Part shown: positions 52,801 to 64,000 of the stretch, piece after piece | How positions within the stretch are numbered: the first letter of the stretch is position 1 | Layout: every line of letters begins with the position of its first letter | Assembly (NCBI GenBank): GCA_043228905.1 | Contig: JBHGNT010000016.1 | Coordinates: 18,042,001 to 18,106,000 of the forward strand | Reading direction: 5' to 3' | Source of the DNA: Azolla caroliniana | Taxonomy: Eukaryota > Plantae > Polypodiophyta | Length of the DNA: 64,000 nt | Made by a program: the position numbers and the translations under genes | The notes under the pieces: model-generated | Told to the model about the DNA's origin: nothing | Seen by the model: the letters and a program-made list of their open reading frames with translations, nothing else | Databases searched by the model: none

Positions 52801-53130
52801 AACATGGAGAACACGAAGCCAAAACTGACACCGCTTCCGACGTCGATTAGAATATTGGATAGAGACTCTCCGGCAACGGACAAGGAGAGAGAGCTTAATG
52901 GAAAGATACCCTACGCATTGGCAGTAGTAAGTATCATGTACGCAATGGTGGCGACAAGAGCTGACCTAGCCTATGCCGTAGGGGTGGTCAGTCGGTTCAT
53001 GTCAAACCTAGGAAAGAAGCACTGGGAGGCCGTCAAGCACATGCTTAGGTATCTAAAAGGAACCACGGATGCATAGCTGACTTTCAGATTGGCAATCTCA
53101 GCCGAAATCGAAGGCTACACCGACTTCGAT

Positions 53131-55336
53131 AATAAAAAGGCAATTATAAAAAACTACATCCTGTGGCTTTCCATTCACGCAAGTTTGATGCTGCGGAAAT
53201 CAACTATGAAATTCATGATAATGAGCTATTAGCAATAGTGGACTCTTTTACGCAATGGAGGCATTTTCTAGAGGGGTCTTTTGATCAAGTCACCGTATTC
53301 AGTGATCGCAAAAACGTCAAGCTCGGTGGGCCCAATTCCTCACTCGTTTCAACTTCAAAATTACATATCATCCGGGGAAGCAACAAGGGAAGGCAGATGT
53401 ATTATCACGACATTTGTATCTAGCATCGTGTCCCAGCGAGCCGACTTTCGATAACCAAAAGCAAGTAATCGATACCATACGTGAGGACTTGAAGACAAAT
53501 GTTCGGTATGCCCTTGGATTCCCATGTTATCGATACCATACGTGAGGACTTGAAGACAGATGTTTTCGCTCAAGCCATTCTAGCGCAAATTGATCCCTCT
53601 TGAGCATCTTGTTCATAGTCGCAACAACTAGGTACGGACTATCGACAATTCGAATGTCATGATAGATTACTATTCTTTAAGAAACTCTTGTATGTTCCTA
53701 ATGGTACTTGTTGTCTTCAAATAGTCCAAAACTATCATGACACATATACAACTGGGCATTTTGTATTACTAAAACACTAGATTTAGGACAACGATCCTTC
53801 TGGTGGCCCCATATGCGACAATTTGTTGAAGATTTTGTTCGGACTTGTGATACATGTTGCAGAGCAAAAATGCCAAGGCATCATCCATATGGTTTATTAG
53901 AACCATTACCAATTCCAAGCAAGCCATGGCAAGCCATGGCAACCCATTGCCCTAGATTTCATCATAGATCTTCCGGTCTCTAAGGGATTCGATGCGATCT
54001 TAAAAGTAGTAGATCGATATACGAAGATGGCCCATTTCTTGCCATGTACTAAGGAAATCTCCAGTGAAGAAACCGCTGAAATTTTCATGCGTGAAGTATG
54101 TAGGCATCATGGCCTTCCCGATAGTATCATCAGCGACCGTGGACCCCAGTCCGTCTCGAAGTTTTGGAATCACTTCTTTAAAATGCTTAAGGTCTTGTAA
54201 CCTCTCCTCCGGCTACCACCCGCAAACAAATGGCCAAGCAGAACGGACAAATCAAACGTTGGAGCAGTATCTTCGATGCTTTTTAAGCTATAAACAATAT
54301 GACTGGGCGGATATTCTCCACTTCGCCGAATTTGCGTATAATAACTCTGTCCACTCATCGACAAAGGTGACACCATTTTATGCTTGCACGGGCTGTCACC
54401 CCTGGTGGTGTGTATTTGAAACCCCAGAGTTACCTACAAATCCTTATGCATAGGATCGTTTGGAGCGGCTACATAAGATACAAGCGGATTTATCTACTCA
54501 TCTACAACAAGCTCAAGAAATACACAAGGTTTACGCAGATCGTCATCAACTTCCATCAAGTTTTGACATTGGAGATCGGGTGTGGCTACTACGACGACAC
54601 ATCAAGACTACTCACCTATGCGAGAAGTTGGATTACCGGCGATTAGGTCCTTTCCATATTATCAGAAAAATTAATGACGTCGTTTTTCGTCTCGATCTAC
54701 CTCCACAACTTCGGATACATCCGGTGTTTCATAGTTCGCTCCTCGAACCCTATCAAGTCATCACCATCCTAGGTTGTATTAAACAACCTCCACCCCCGAT
54801 CGAGCTGGAAGATGGACCTGAGTACGAGGTTGCCGCCATCCTCGATTCCAAGATTGTTCACAACAAGCTCTACTATTTAGTCGATTGGGTAGCATATAGT
54901 CCCAACGAGCGTACTTGGGAACCAATAGAGAATGTGACCAATGCTCCTGCTCTTCTTGAAGACTTCCATCGTCAATATCTAGACAAACTGGGTCCTCAAT
55001 CCAAAACGACTCGTGACACTCGTCGTTTTAAAAGGAGGAGAGTGTCATGATATGGCAAGACTCGAATCCATGACCTTATGTTACATGGGTCGAGCTCTTG
55101 ACCATTAGACTATATGTTGTAATACAAAGGATATTATTTTCATTTAGGTTTTACTCTAGAAAATTGATGTTTATTCTAGATTTCTCTAGAACATTCTCGA
55201 AACTTCAGGACTACTCTTAAGAACACTATAAAAGGAGGCACAAAGCATTATTTCGAACAAATTGGTTCAACACCAGTCTTAAGCCTCCTAGCTACTATTG
55301 TATATTCCCTTAACATAATATATATCTTTTGTTATC

Positions 55337-55399
<63 letters not shown>

Positions 55400-55515
55400 T
55401 CTCTCGAGAGTTCTACACCTCCCTTAGTACTAATCCTCATCTTTTAGTACTAGTTCCTTCTATGTTTTAGTATTGTTCCTAACAATACTTCTTTGTCTTA
55501 GTACTGCTCCTGACA
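53131..55515 (+). mobile_element. Tcn1-like Gypsy (family E) 3' half: RNase H, integrase, chromodomain, PPT, 3' LTR 55043-55515
   Basis: [52 protein letters not shown]...YLVDW...TWEP; PPT AAAAGGAGGAGAG. Confidence 0.92.
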
Positions 55516-56334
55516 GCAACCATGTGAAAAGCCATGAAATATTGGAAACAACATGTAAATCTGAGGTTCACAACAATAGTGTTTTTGAACACTTGATGCA
55601 ACATTTCTTCAAATCCCAAAACCTTGATTTCACCCCACTAAGCCCAACTACTGATAATGTCCAAACAGATCCCACTTTACTGGAAAAGCTAGTGCAAGAC
55701 GCGGCTGACGTGCAAGCCGCTGCTGAGGTGATGGAAAGATTGTCGGAGGAGGGCACACTTGCGCAATGGGTCAAAGAGGCAAGGCTAAATGGGCAACCGG
55801 CTAAAAAAAGGCTAAAGAAGGGATCACAATCGGGGACAAGACCAGTTACTCGGTCAAGGGGCTCTTGAATTGGAGCAAAATACTTATTAGTAGGATATGA
55901 TTGTTAGTGATCTTCCTAGGGTTTTGTGAAGTTTTACTATGATCTATTTGGACAAGTAAAACCTCAGATTGGTTGTTGCTTGATCCACATTATGTAATGG
56001 AACTCTATGATGTTTCTCCAAGATAATTATGTTCATGTTGTTCTATGATGGAAAATATTTCATGTTCATTATGTTGTTTTGTGAGACTATTAGTTACTTT
56101 GTGAGTGTGAATATGTTGGTGTTTTCTGATGTTGCAGAGTCTAAAGGGTTTGAATATATTGCTCCTAAGGCCGATGGCAATCTGGAAACTGTTGATGTTG
56201 TTGCGTGTTTAGAGGGCCACATCTTGAAAGTAAATGTAGCAACTAACACAAATGATCTGGTCACGCAAGTTGATCAAGCATGTTGCATAGATGATCTGAT
56301 TTTGTAGGTAGATGCAACATGCGATACCAGTGGG

Positions 56335-57102
56335 TTGATATCGACCATATTAGTATCTACATGCACCGAGCCAATGACTAAGTCGACAACACAAGAGCAC
56401 CAGAATGTGAAGCCAGGCCCAACACAGTCGACCAAGGGTTTGAAGAGGAAAAGGACACCAATTGTGCCGTCAGAACCTAAGTTGATTGACCTTGATCGTG
56501 TGCTACTAGTAATTGGTGTAATAGATGCTCAGTTACAAGAATGGAAACCTAAACCATTAGAAGTCGAAAGAAGAGCCTTGATCTTGGAGCATGATAAAGT
56601 CCTGATGAGTGTGCAATATATGACACCAAGGAGGGACGGAGATCAATTTCTAGAGTGGGATGTGCAATATTTTGATTTGTTTATTTGGAGTGAAAAATCA
56701 CGTACAGATGTGTGGAAGTGTGTAGCAAGATTCTTCCCGAAGTGGCGACAACATTTCAAGGGTCAATGGACACGAGAGAATTGTGAGCAGAATGATGTTG
56801 CAAGATTCAAAAGACTTTCTGATTTTTGGGACACTTGGCCAGATTATAATGCCGACAATACATTGATTCTAGATACAGAACATTTCCGACATTACTTCAA
56901 CATTCGCAGATGCTGTCTCATTCTACCCGATGAAATGCTTGAACACTATTTGGTGAAAACATTGAGCTGCCAACTAGCTACATGGTTGTGGACTCTATAC
57001 CATGCTCGGTATGCATATCATATATGTAGAGAAGTTCCACTGACCAGCAAGAGCTTAGTTGTTTATAGACGATTTCAAGACATTGGCAATGGGATGTTAT
57101 AA
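56335..57102 (+). CDS. FCP1/NIF-like (HAD-fold) domain ORF with a degenerate catalytic motif; likely the last exon of a spliced gene starting near 55516 or earlier
   Basis: LILEHDKVL (in place of LxLDLDxTL), FDLFIWS, WTRENC, FKRLSDFW...YNADNTLILD follow the NIF motif order; recognised by eye only. Confidence 0.5.
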   Translation: MISTILVSTCTEPMTKSTTQEHQNVKPGPTQSTKGLKRKRTPIVPSEPKLIDLDRVLLVIGVIDAQLQEWKPKPLEVERRALILEHDKVLMSVQYMTPRRDGDQFLEWDVQYFDLFIWSEKSRTDVWKCVARFFPKWRQHFKGQWTRENCEQNDVARFKRLSDFWDTWPDYNADNTLILDTEHFRHYFNIRRCCLILPDEMLEHYLVKTLSCQLATWLWTLYHARYAYHICREVPLTSKSLVVYRRFQDIGNGML

Positions 57103-58550
57103 ATATGTAATTTGCTACCACTTAATCAATGAAGAATTAAATTGCTTGTTTTGAGTAACTTATCTACTGTGTAATTTTAAGAGTGTGTTCAGGATTGTTG
57201 ATTTCATGATAGTGCTTTTTCTTAAAATTATGCAAACTATTTTAACTTATACATGGTTCACTTGAGTAAATCTGTATCTCAGAAAGAAGAACCCTAAACG
57301 ATATTATTAAATTATATATCAAATAGAAGACTTGGCCAGAAGAAGCACATAAAGTAGACTGTATATGAAAAAAAAAAACTCCCAAACATGTCCATTAAAC
57401 TGTTTATTTGCAATACATGTGCTTTGTTTGTTTTACAAGAAAATTGGTAATTGCTACTTGTAGCTACAAATTCCATGGCATACTGTTGTAAATACTTTCA
57501 TACACATTAGCACTAACTGTGTATAAACCTGAGCAACTATTGAATTGCGACATTGGGACATTGATGCACCTGACCAAATGAGAGTACATGTACGCCACTG
57601 GTTTGTCTTCTAATAGCCTATACACATAATCGTAATCATCTAGTCTTGCATAAAAAATACATTCGACGTAGAATGTCCTAGTAGATACAACATTTCCCCA
57701 AGCATCTAATATATTATGCGTTGCCCACTGTTTACTAACTGTGCACTTCACTATATAGAAATCAACACCCTCTGAATTGCCTTCTTCTACATTTACAACA
57801 AAATTATCCCCAACATTTAAGACATCACTCAGAGTATCTCCACGTCCTTGATATGTGAAGTCATCATTCTTTTCTATTTCTCCATCAATTGATTCCTTAT
57901 CGTTTAATGTATGATACTCCCAATTCTGAATATATGCTTTGTTTAAATAATACCTCCAATTTCCCTACACACAATGGAAGCGAAAACAAGTTAATTCTTT
58001 AACCGCAATACAATGACCATCCAACCATGGAGGGATCGCAATTCGGGAATTCCATGGCACTCCCAGGTCTTCTCCCTATTTACTTCATCTATCTTCACTT
58101 CCCAAAATTCACGTTTGATATCTCGGACCTGCGAGGAATAAACACCGGTTGCACTCGTTGACATATTAGCTCTTAAAAATTCAACTACATGTGCTGCACA
58201 ATTCATCTGCACACCATCCACCTTTAGTTGTTCATGGGTAAGTGCCCGCTTTATAACAACACCTGCACCATCATGTTCACCTTTACCATGGCCAGACTCA
58301 AAAAAATTCCATCTCATCTCCAAACCTGTTATAGTAGGATACCTCCCGACAAAATAAAATGGACGTCTAGCCTTGAATTGTGACGCAGCTCCATCAGACC
58401 AGACCCAATGTTGAGTAAGTTGCAAACGTTTAGCTAATAACCATTGCCAATGTAAGTTAAAACAATGTTGGATGAACAAGGTATCATGCAATTACTTGCG
58501 CAAAATATGTTATGTGCACAAAAATGGTTACTTGCGCTGAACACTAATGC

Positions 58551-59093
58551 TAACAATCGGCAACGGTTCGGTTTGAACCGAACCGAACTGCGGTTTAACG
58601 GCTTAACGGTTCGGTTCGGTTCAGTTCAGGTTCAAGTTTTTTTAAACGGTTCGGTTCGGTTTCAATAGTAAAAAACCGCGGTTTAAACGGTTTAACGGTT
58701 TCTATTTTTTAATTTAAAAAAAATAAAATAAAAAACTATAAAAAAATTCTAAAAAATTAAATTTTTTTTTAAAAAACTATCTTTCCATTTTTACACCTTA
58801 TTCTCACATTTTAGGAACATCTTAAAAAATTTAAAAATTCTAAATAATGAAATATTATAAATTTAAAAAAATTTAAAATTTAAAATTAAAAAGTTGACCT
58901 ATGTTGAAAAGCGAAACCAAACCACGAAATCACGGTTTTTATGGTTTAATGGTTTAATGGTTTGAAAAATGTTTAACGATTCGGTTTAATGGTTTCACGG
59001 TTTGGTTCAAGTTTCAAAAAAATTAAATGGTTCGGTTCCAAACTGGTTTGGTTTGGACCCTCTCAAACCAAACCGAACCGTTGCCGATTGTTA
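58551..59093. mobile_element. hAT-type MITE, 25-bp TIR TAACAATCGGCAACGGTTCGGTTTG, 8-bp TSD ACTAATGC
   Basis: TSD at 58543-58550 and 59094-59101; inserted in the transposase coding region. Confidence 0.92.
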
Positions 59094-59827
59094 ACTAATG
59101 CATAGATTGAATTTCATTCTGCTGCTTGAATGTATAATTCTCTGTGAAATCTACTACTGAGACTACTATATCATTTAGAAAATCAGATATGCAAGTCTTA
59201 AACTGATGGGCTTGCCATGAATAAATGAAGTTGTGTTTAATGAACTTTCCTAGAGATACTACAAATAGAGATGCCAAATCCCTTGGTTTAAGCGACTTCC
59301 TAACTAGATCCTTTCTTTTACACACCTTTCCTTCAAAATTGGTGTCAACTGACTCAAATAACTTGACAAAGATTAATATTTCACTACTCAATTCATTTGG
59401 ACACCACCTATAAAACTACTACGGCCACAAGCTTGACATAAACCCATGACACATTTATGATTGTGGAAGATGGCCTCAGTTTCTCTCGGACACAATACTG
59501 AATCTAAAAGACAACTCATGGAAGAGATAACATGCTAAGTTGATTTACAGTGCTCATGCGGGCTCGATTGACAAATTGGGCACTCACAAGTGCAAACTGC
59601 ATTTGTTAGGGAGGCGTTATGGTGGCGTAGTAGATTAACAGAGTCCTTGAGAAAACCCATTTGTACATGGTAAATGCAACAACATGTGTATCGATCCTTC
59701 AAGCGTCTCACAAAGTGTGGCTTAAGAGACTCGAATGTTCGTAGTTGAACTTTGATATTTGGATGCATTCGCCTGAACCTAATAAATAAATTGACTTGCG
59801 TAATAAAATGGACATACTGATTACTTC

Positions 59828-60345
59828 TATGGCTAAGTGGTAGCTAATTAGCTACTACCATAGTTTAGTATAGTAGCTAATTAGCTAAGTGGTAGCTAAT
59901 TAGCTAAGTGGTAGCTAATTAGCTACTACCATAGTTTAGTACAATAGCTAATAAGCTAGGTGGTAGCTAATTAGCTACTACCATAGTTTAATACAGTAGC
60001 TAATGAGCTAAATGGTAGCTAATTAGCTACTACCATAGTTTAGTATAATAGTTATTCTAGTAGGGGATTAGCAATTCTGGTAGCTAATTAGCTATAGTCA
60101 TAAGCAGCTAATTAGCTACTCTAGTAGCTAGTTAGCTATTGTTATAGGCAGCTAATTAGCTATTGTGGTAGCTAAATAACTATGAATGGTAGCTAATTAG
60201 CCATTTGGGTAGCTAAATAGCTATGTTCGATATTATTAGGGAGCTAATTAGCTATTATTGGTAGCTAGTTAGCTATGGTCATATTCTGAGGTAGGTAATT
60301 AGCTATTCGGGTATGGTCATATTCAGAGGTAGTTAATAAGCTAAC
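59828..60345. repeat. Array of the palindrome TAGCTAATTAGCTA in a transposase intron
   Basis: More than 15 perfect or degenerate copies seen directly; the motif recurs at 62725-62781. Confidence 0.9.
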
Positions 60346-61289
60346 TAACTAAGCTCATAAGTCAAAACAAATGTTGAGATAAATGTAAATACCTGAGGTA
60401 CATCAAGAAGATGAATGGGATGCTCCTCGTATTGACTCCTTCCAACACGTTGCTTGCATAAATCCTTCTTATTGGGTGAAACCCTACTCTCATTAGTCCA
60501 AAATATTATGATTATATCCTTGATTTCTGATGTTATGGGTGTCATTGGCTTACATCTTGTTGTTAGCTTTAGCAGACTAGTTCCTTCACCCGAGGAAACT
60601 ATCCGGTTCAATGTATTGTACACATTTTTTCTACTAAAACCAATTACCTTAGATATCACACTGATGTTAATATCGTCAACATCATTAGACTAGATCTTTT
60701 TAAGACAAGATCATCTTCTGACCTGATCATAGATACGAAACTATTACAAAGATTATTTACTAGTATAGATGTTATGCTTGCATTAAGACCATCACAATCA
60801 ACTAACTCCTTTATCAATGGATCATTTAATATTCCACAAAGTACTACCTTCTTGTCTTCATTGCTGATGTGCTTGGTTTGAACATTGAAATAGTCTACAA
60901 CCTTTCTCTCTATGATAGTAGTCTCATTAATTCCATTCTCAATAATATTTAGACCTATATTGCAACCAATACTATCTTTACCTTTAGTGAGTGTGGCTTT
61001 CGTATCCTTCAACAATTGACGATTTTTTTTTTTTCTTCTGCCCAATACTTTCGTATCGCTTCTTGTGTCCTGATAGCGTCATCCCTATCCTGATGATCAT
61101 TGAGGGGTATTTCTAAACACCCTCCTTCCCCTTCCATTTGGCTTGACGGGTTTAAACCCTAATTTTCCCAAAAAAAAGACGTATTAAAGATTGCTATGGG
61201 CAACAACAATACACAAAAATATTCCGCAATGCACAATATTATACACAACAATACACAAGATAATCAATAGAAAGAATAGTTATTCAAAT

Positions 61290-62180
61290 CCAAGACCGAA
61301 TAGTGGACAAGAATGATGGCAATGGAGGAGTGAATTTCGTCGGATCGAACAGTGGCAGATGATCCTTGGAATGCATAGTGATGACAACTGAGAGTAGAAT
61401 GGCAGTAGTGGAGAAGGAGTGAACTCCTTCGGATCGAAAAGTGGTAGTAATACATGACCGAACAGTAGCGGCAGCTAAGTGTAGAAGGATGGCAATGGAT
61501 GAGTGAACTCCGTCAAATCGAAAAGTGGCAGCAATCCAGGACCGAACAGTAGCGGAAACTAAGTGTAGAATGATGGCAATGGAGGAGTGAACTCCGTCAG
61601 ATCGAACAGTGGTAGATGATGCTTGGAACGCATAGTGACGACAACTGAGAGTACAATGGCGGTAGTGGAGAAGGAGTGAACTCCCTCAGATCAAAAAGTG
61701 GTAGCAATACACGACCGAACAGTAGCGGCAACTAAGTGTAGAATGATGACAATGGATGAGTGAACTCCGTCAAATTGAAAAGTGGCAGCAATCCAGGACT
61801 GAATAGTAGCGGCAACTGAGTGTAGAATGATGGCAATGGAGGAGTGAACTCCGTCAGATTGAATAGTGGTAGATGATGCTTGGAACACACAGTGACGACA
61901 ACTGAGAGTAGAATGGCGGCAGTGGAGAAGGAGTTAACTCCGTCGGATCGAAAAGTGGCAGCAATATACGACCTTCACAGTAGCGGCAACTGAGTGTAGA
62001 GTGGCAGCAATGGAGGAGTGAACTTGGCAGATGATGCTTGGACTGAACAGTGGCGACAACTGAGTGTAGAATGACGGCAATGGAGGAGTGAACTCCGTCG
62101 GATCGAACAGTGGCAGATGATACTTGGACCACATAGTGCCGATAACTGAGTGTAGAATGGTGGCAATGGAGGAGTGCACT
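61290..62180. repeat. Minisatellite with ~86-bp monomers arranged as a 257-bp higher-order trimer (~3.5 copies)
   Basis: AATGGAGGAGTGAA recurs at 61321, 61578 and 61835, with two variant monomers between each. Confidence 0.88.
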
Positions 62181-62308
62181 CAATAGGGTTTAACAACAAT
62201 GGTAGTAATCTAAGCTAGAATACTCAACCAAAGATGGCCCACATGATGTGGCACAGGATCATGTATAATGAACCTAGGAAATCGGTATATAATTTATGGT
62301 GCACATAT

Positions 62309-62612
62309 TGTTGTTGGGGTGGGGGGGTGAAACCTAGCATGGCTTCACCCCCCTCCCAAGGGGGTTAAGTTAGAGAGAGAGCAAGAGAGAAAGACAAATA
62401 GGAAATGACACCAAATGAGAGGGGAAAAAACTATATTCATTACATGCCCCATAAGGGGTTTATATAATACAAAATGTAACGGTAAATAATAACCATTACA
62501 AAAGAGACGACCGTTACACTCTTGTCACATGTACATAATTGTGCATGTGCTCACACATACTCATCCTCACACATTCATATACATATTACACATACCGAAC
62601 AACCCCTTCAAC
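62309..62612. repeat. Probable solo LTR of an unidentified family (its end also occurs inverted at ~32665-32730)
   Basis: TGTTGTTGGGG...CCCCTTCAAC ends, TATA tract and a shared GGGGGTG..CACCCCC hairpin. Confidence 0.4.
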
Positions 62613-62784
62613 GTGTTTTACCCTTATGCCGCCCCGTACAACTCCTACGGGTAACACATATCAATTTATGTTGCACATTTATGGCAATCATTTATATAAT
62701 TAAAACTCTCTACTATTTTCAATGGTAGCTTTTTGCATAGCTAATTTATCAATGGTAGCTTTTTGCATAGCTAATTAGCTATGT

Positions 62785-64000
62785 CAAGGACATAGTCAGG
62801 AAACCGCAGATATCATTATGCGTGAAGTGTTTCGCCAGACGATATAATTACCGATCGTGGTCAATTTATCTCTCATTTTTGGAAGCACCTATGGGCAGAC
62901 CTCAAAATCTATTGCAAACTCTCTTCGTCTTATCATCCACAAACTGATGGACAAACAGAGCACACAAGTCAAACGGTCGAGCAGTATCTTCGATGCTTTA
63001 TTAGTTATCAACAAGATGATTGGAGTAATATTTTACATCTTGCTATGTTTGCATTGAATAACACGGTACACTCTTCTACCAAGGTTACACATTTCTTTTG
63101 ACTACACCGGCAACCATCCTCGATGGTGTATCTTGGATCTTCCCATGGTCACACGAAACCCTAGTGCTGAGCATCAACTTCATCGACTACACTGAATCCA
63201 GTTAGCATTATCTTCACATCTTCAGACAACTCAAGCACAACATAAGACCAATGCAGATAGTCATTGTCTTAAGTCTCCTTTTAAGGTTGGTGACCAAGTA
63301 TGGTTGCTTCTTCGTCACATCAAGACTACCCGACTATGTGAGAAGCTCGATCATCAGTGCTTAGGTCCTTTTCTCATCACTTCGCGGATTAATGATGCAA
63401 CCTTTCATCTTAATTTTCTAGCACATATGTGTGGCTTCGCCCAGCCTTTCATAGCTCTCTTTTGGAACCTTGTCGCACCTATTCCATTCCTAATCGTGTC
63501 GTGCCACCTCCACCCTCTGTCCAACTTGATGACGGCCTAGAATACAAGGTAGATGCTATTCTCGATTCTAAGATTGTGCGGAATAAGCTCTATTATCTAG
63601 TTTATTGGGTAGGCTATCCTTTGAGTGATCACACAACATAAGACCACTGCAGATAGTCATCATCTTAAGTCTCCTTTTAAGGTTGGTGACCAAGTATGGT
63701 TGCTTCATCGTCACATTAAGACTACCTGACTATGTGAGAAGCTCGATTATCAACGCTTAGGTTATTTTATCATCACCACACGGATTAATGATGCAACCTT
63801 TTGACTTAGTTTTCTAGCACATATGCGGCTTCACCTAGTCTTTCATAGCTCTCTTTTGGAACCTTGTTGCACCTATTCCATTTCTAATCGTGTCATGCCA
63901 CCTCCGCCCTCTATCCAACTTGTTGATGGTCTAGAATACGAGGTAGCTGCTATTCTCGATTCTAAGATTGTGTGGAATAAGCTCTATTATCTGGTTTATT
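62785..64000 (+). mobile_element. Degenerate Tcn1-like Gypsy integrase-chromodomain region with a ~396-bp tandem duplication
   Basis: LLRHIKTTRLCEKLD, LGPF and LEYKVDAILDSK occur twice (63241 and 63637). Confidence 0.85.

Larger units (their letters stand above)
41544..53130 (+). mobile_element. Copia element H: 5' LTR 41544-41822, PBS 41825-41835, gag-pol interrupted by I and J, truncated in RNase H
   Basis: Gag reads across the insertions (YEKK|SSSSKL; ALL|SSLP); LDSGATFH, QNGVAER, QMDVKTTFLHGDL motifs. Confidence 0.9.
57464..61045 (-). mobile_element. Degenerate intron-containing DDD transposase gene, Sola2-like
   Basis: TCCCIYH, VVDFTENY, QSMH, VWSDGAASQFK and WNFFESGHGKGEHDGAG; intron ~59796-60392; stops present; element ends not identified. 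Confidence 0.7.

Noticed and set aside
61290-62180. CRISPR-like regular repeats
   Set aside because: The intervening segments are themselves repeated, there are no cas genes, and the context is eukaryotic.

Overview
Repeat-rich nuclear DNA from a seed-free land plant, most likely a fern or lycophyte. This is an inference from Tcn1-type chromoviruses, an RTEX-like LINE and native mitochondrial trnL/trnH in a NUMT. Only one intact host gene is visible: a 5-coding-exon AMMECR1-family gene (minus strand, 25299-29147, 206 aa). Directly upstream of it lies a ~2.3-kb mitochondrial insertion (rrn26 3' part, trnL, a trnL-like gene, trnH). The rest is two deep nests of transposons. Left nest (1-11.5 kb): Ale-like Copia A contains Copia B (TSD ATCTC), which contains a young gag-only, tRNA-Trp-primed LTR element C inserted into the RT YVDD codons. 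Right nest (33-55.5 kb): Copia D, Tcn1-like Gypsy F and E, Copia G, H and I, a solo LTR of C, and a 6.2-kb TIR element J carrying an RPP3 pseudogene. After it come a Sola2-like DDD transposase facing an FCP1/NIF-like ORF, a hAT MITE and satellites. The most striking signals are: antisense tRNA-like A/B-box modules in the U3 of three different LTR families; the ACGT-targeting gag-only element; self-priming PBSs; a micro-inverted tRNA anticodon; and an LTR preceded by a copy of its own 5' flank. All calls were made by eye, without database searches.
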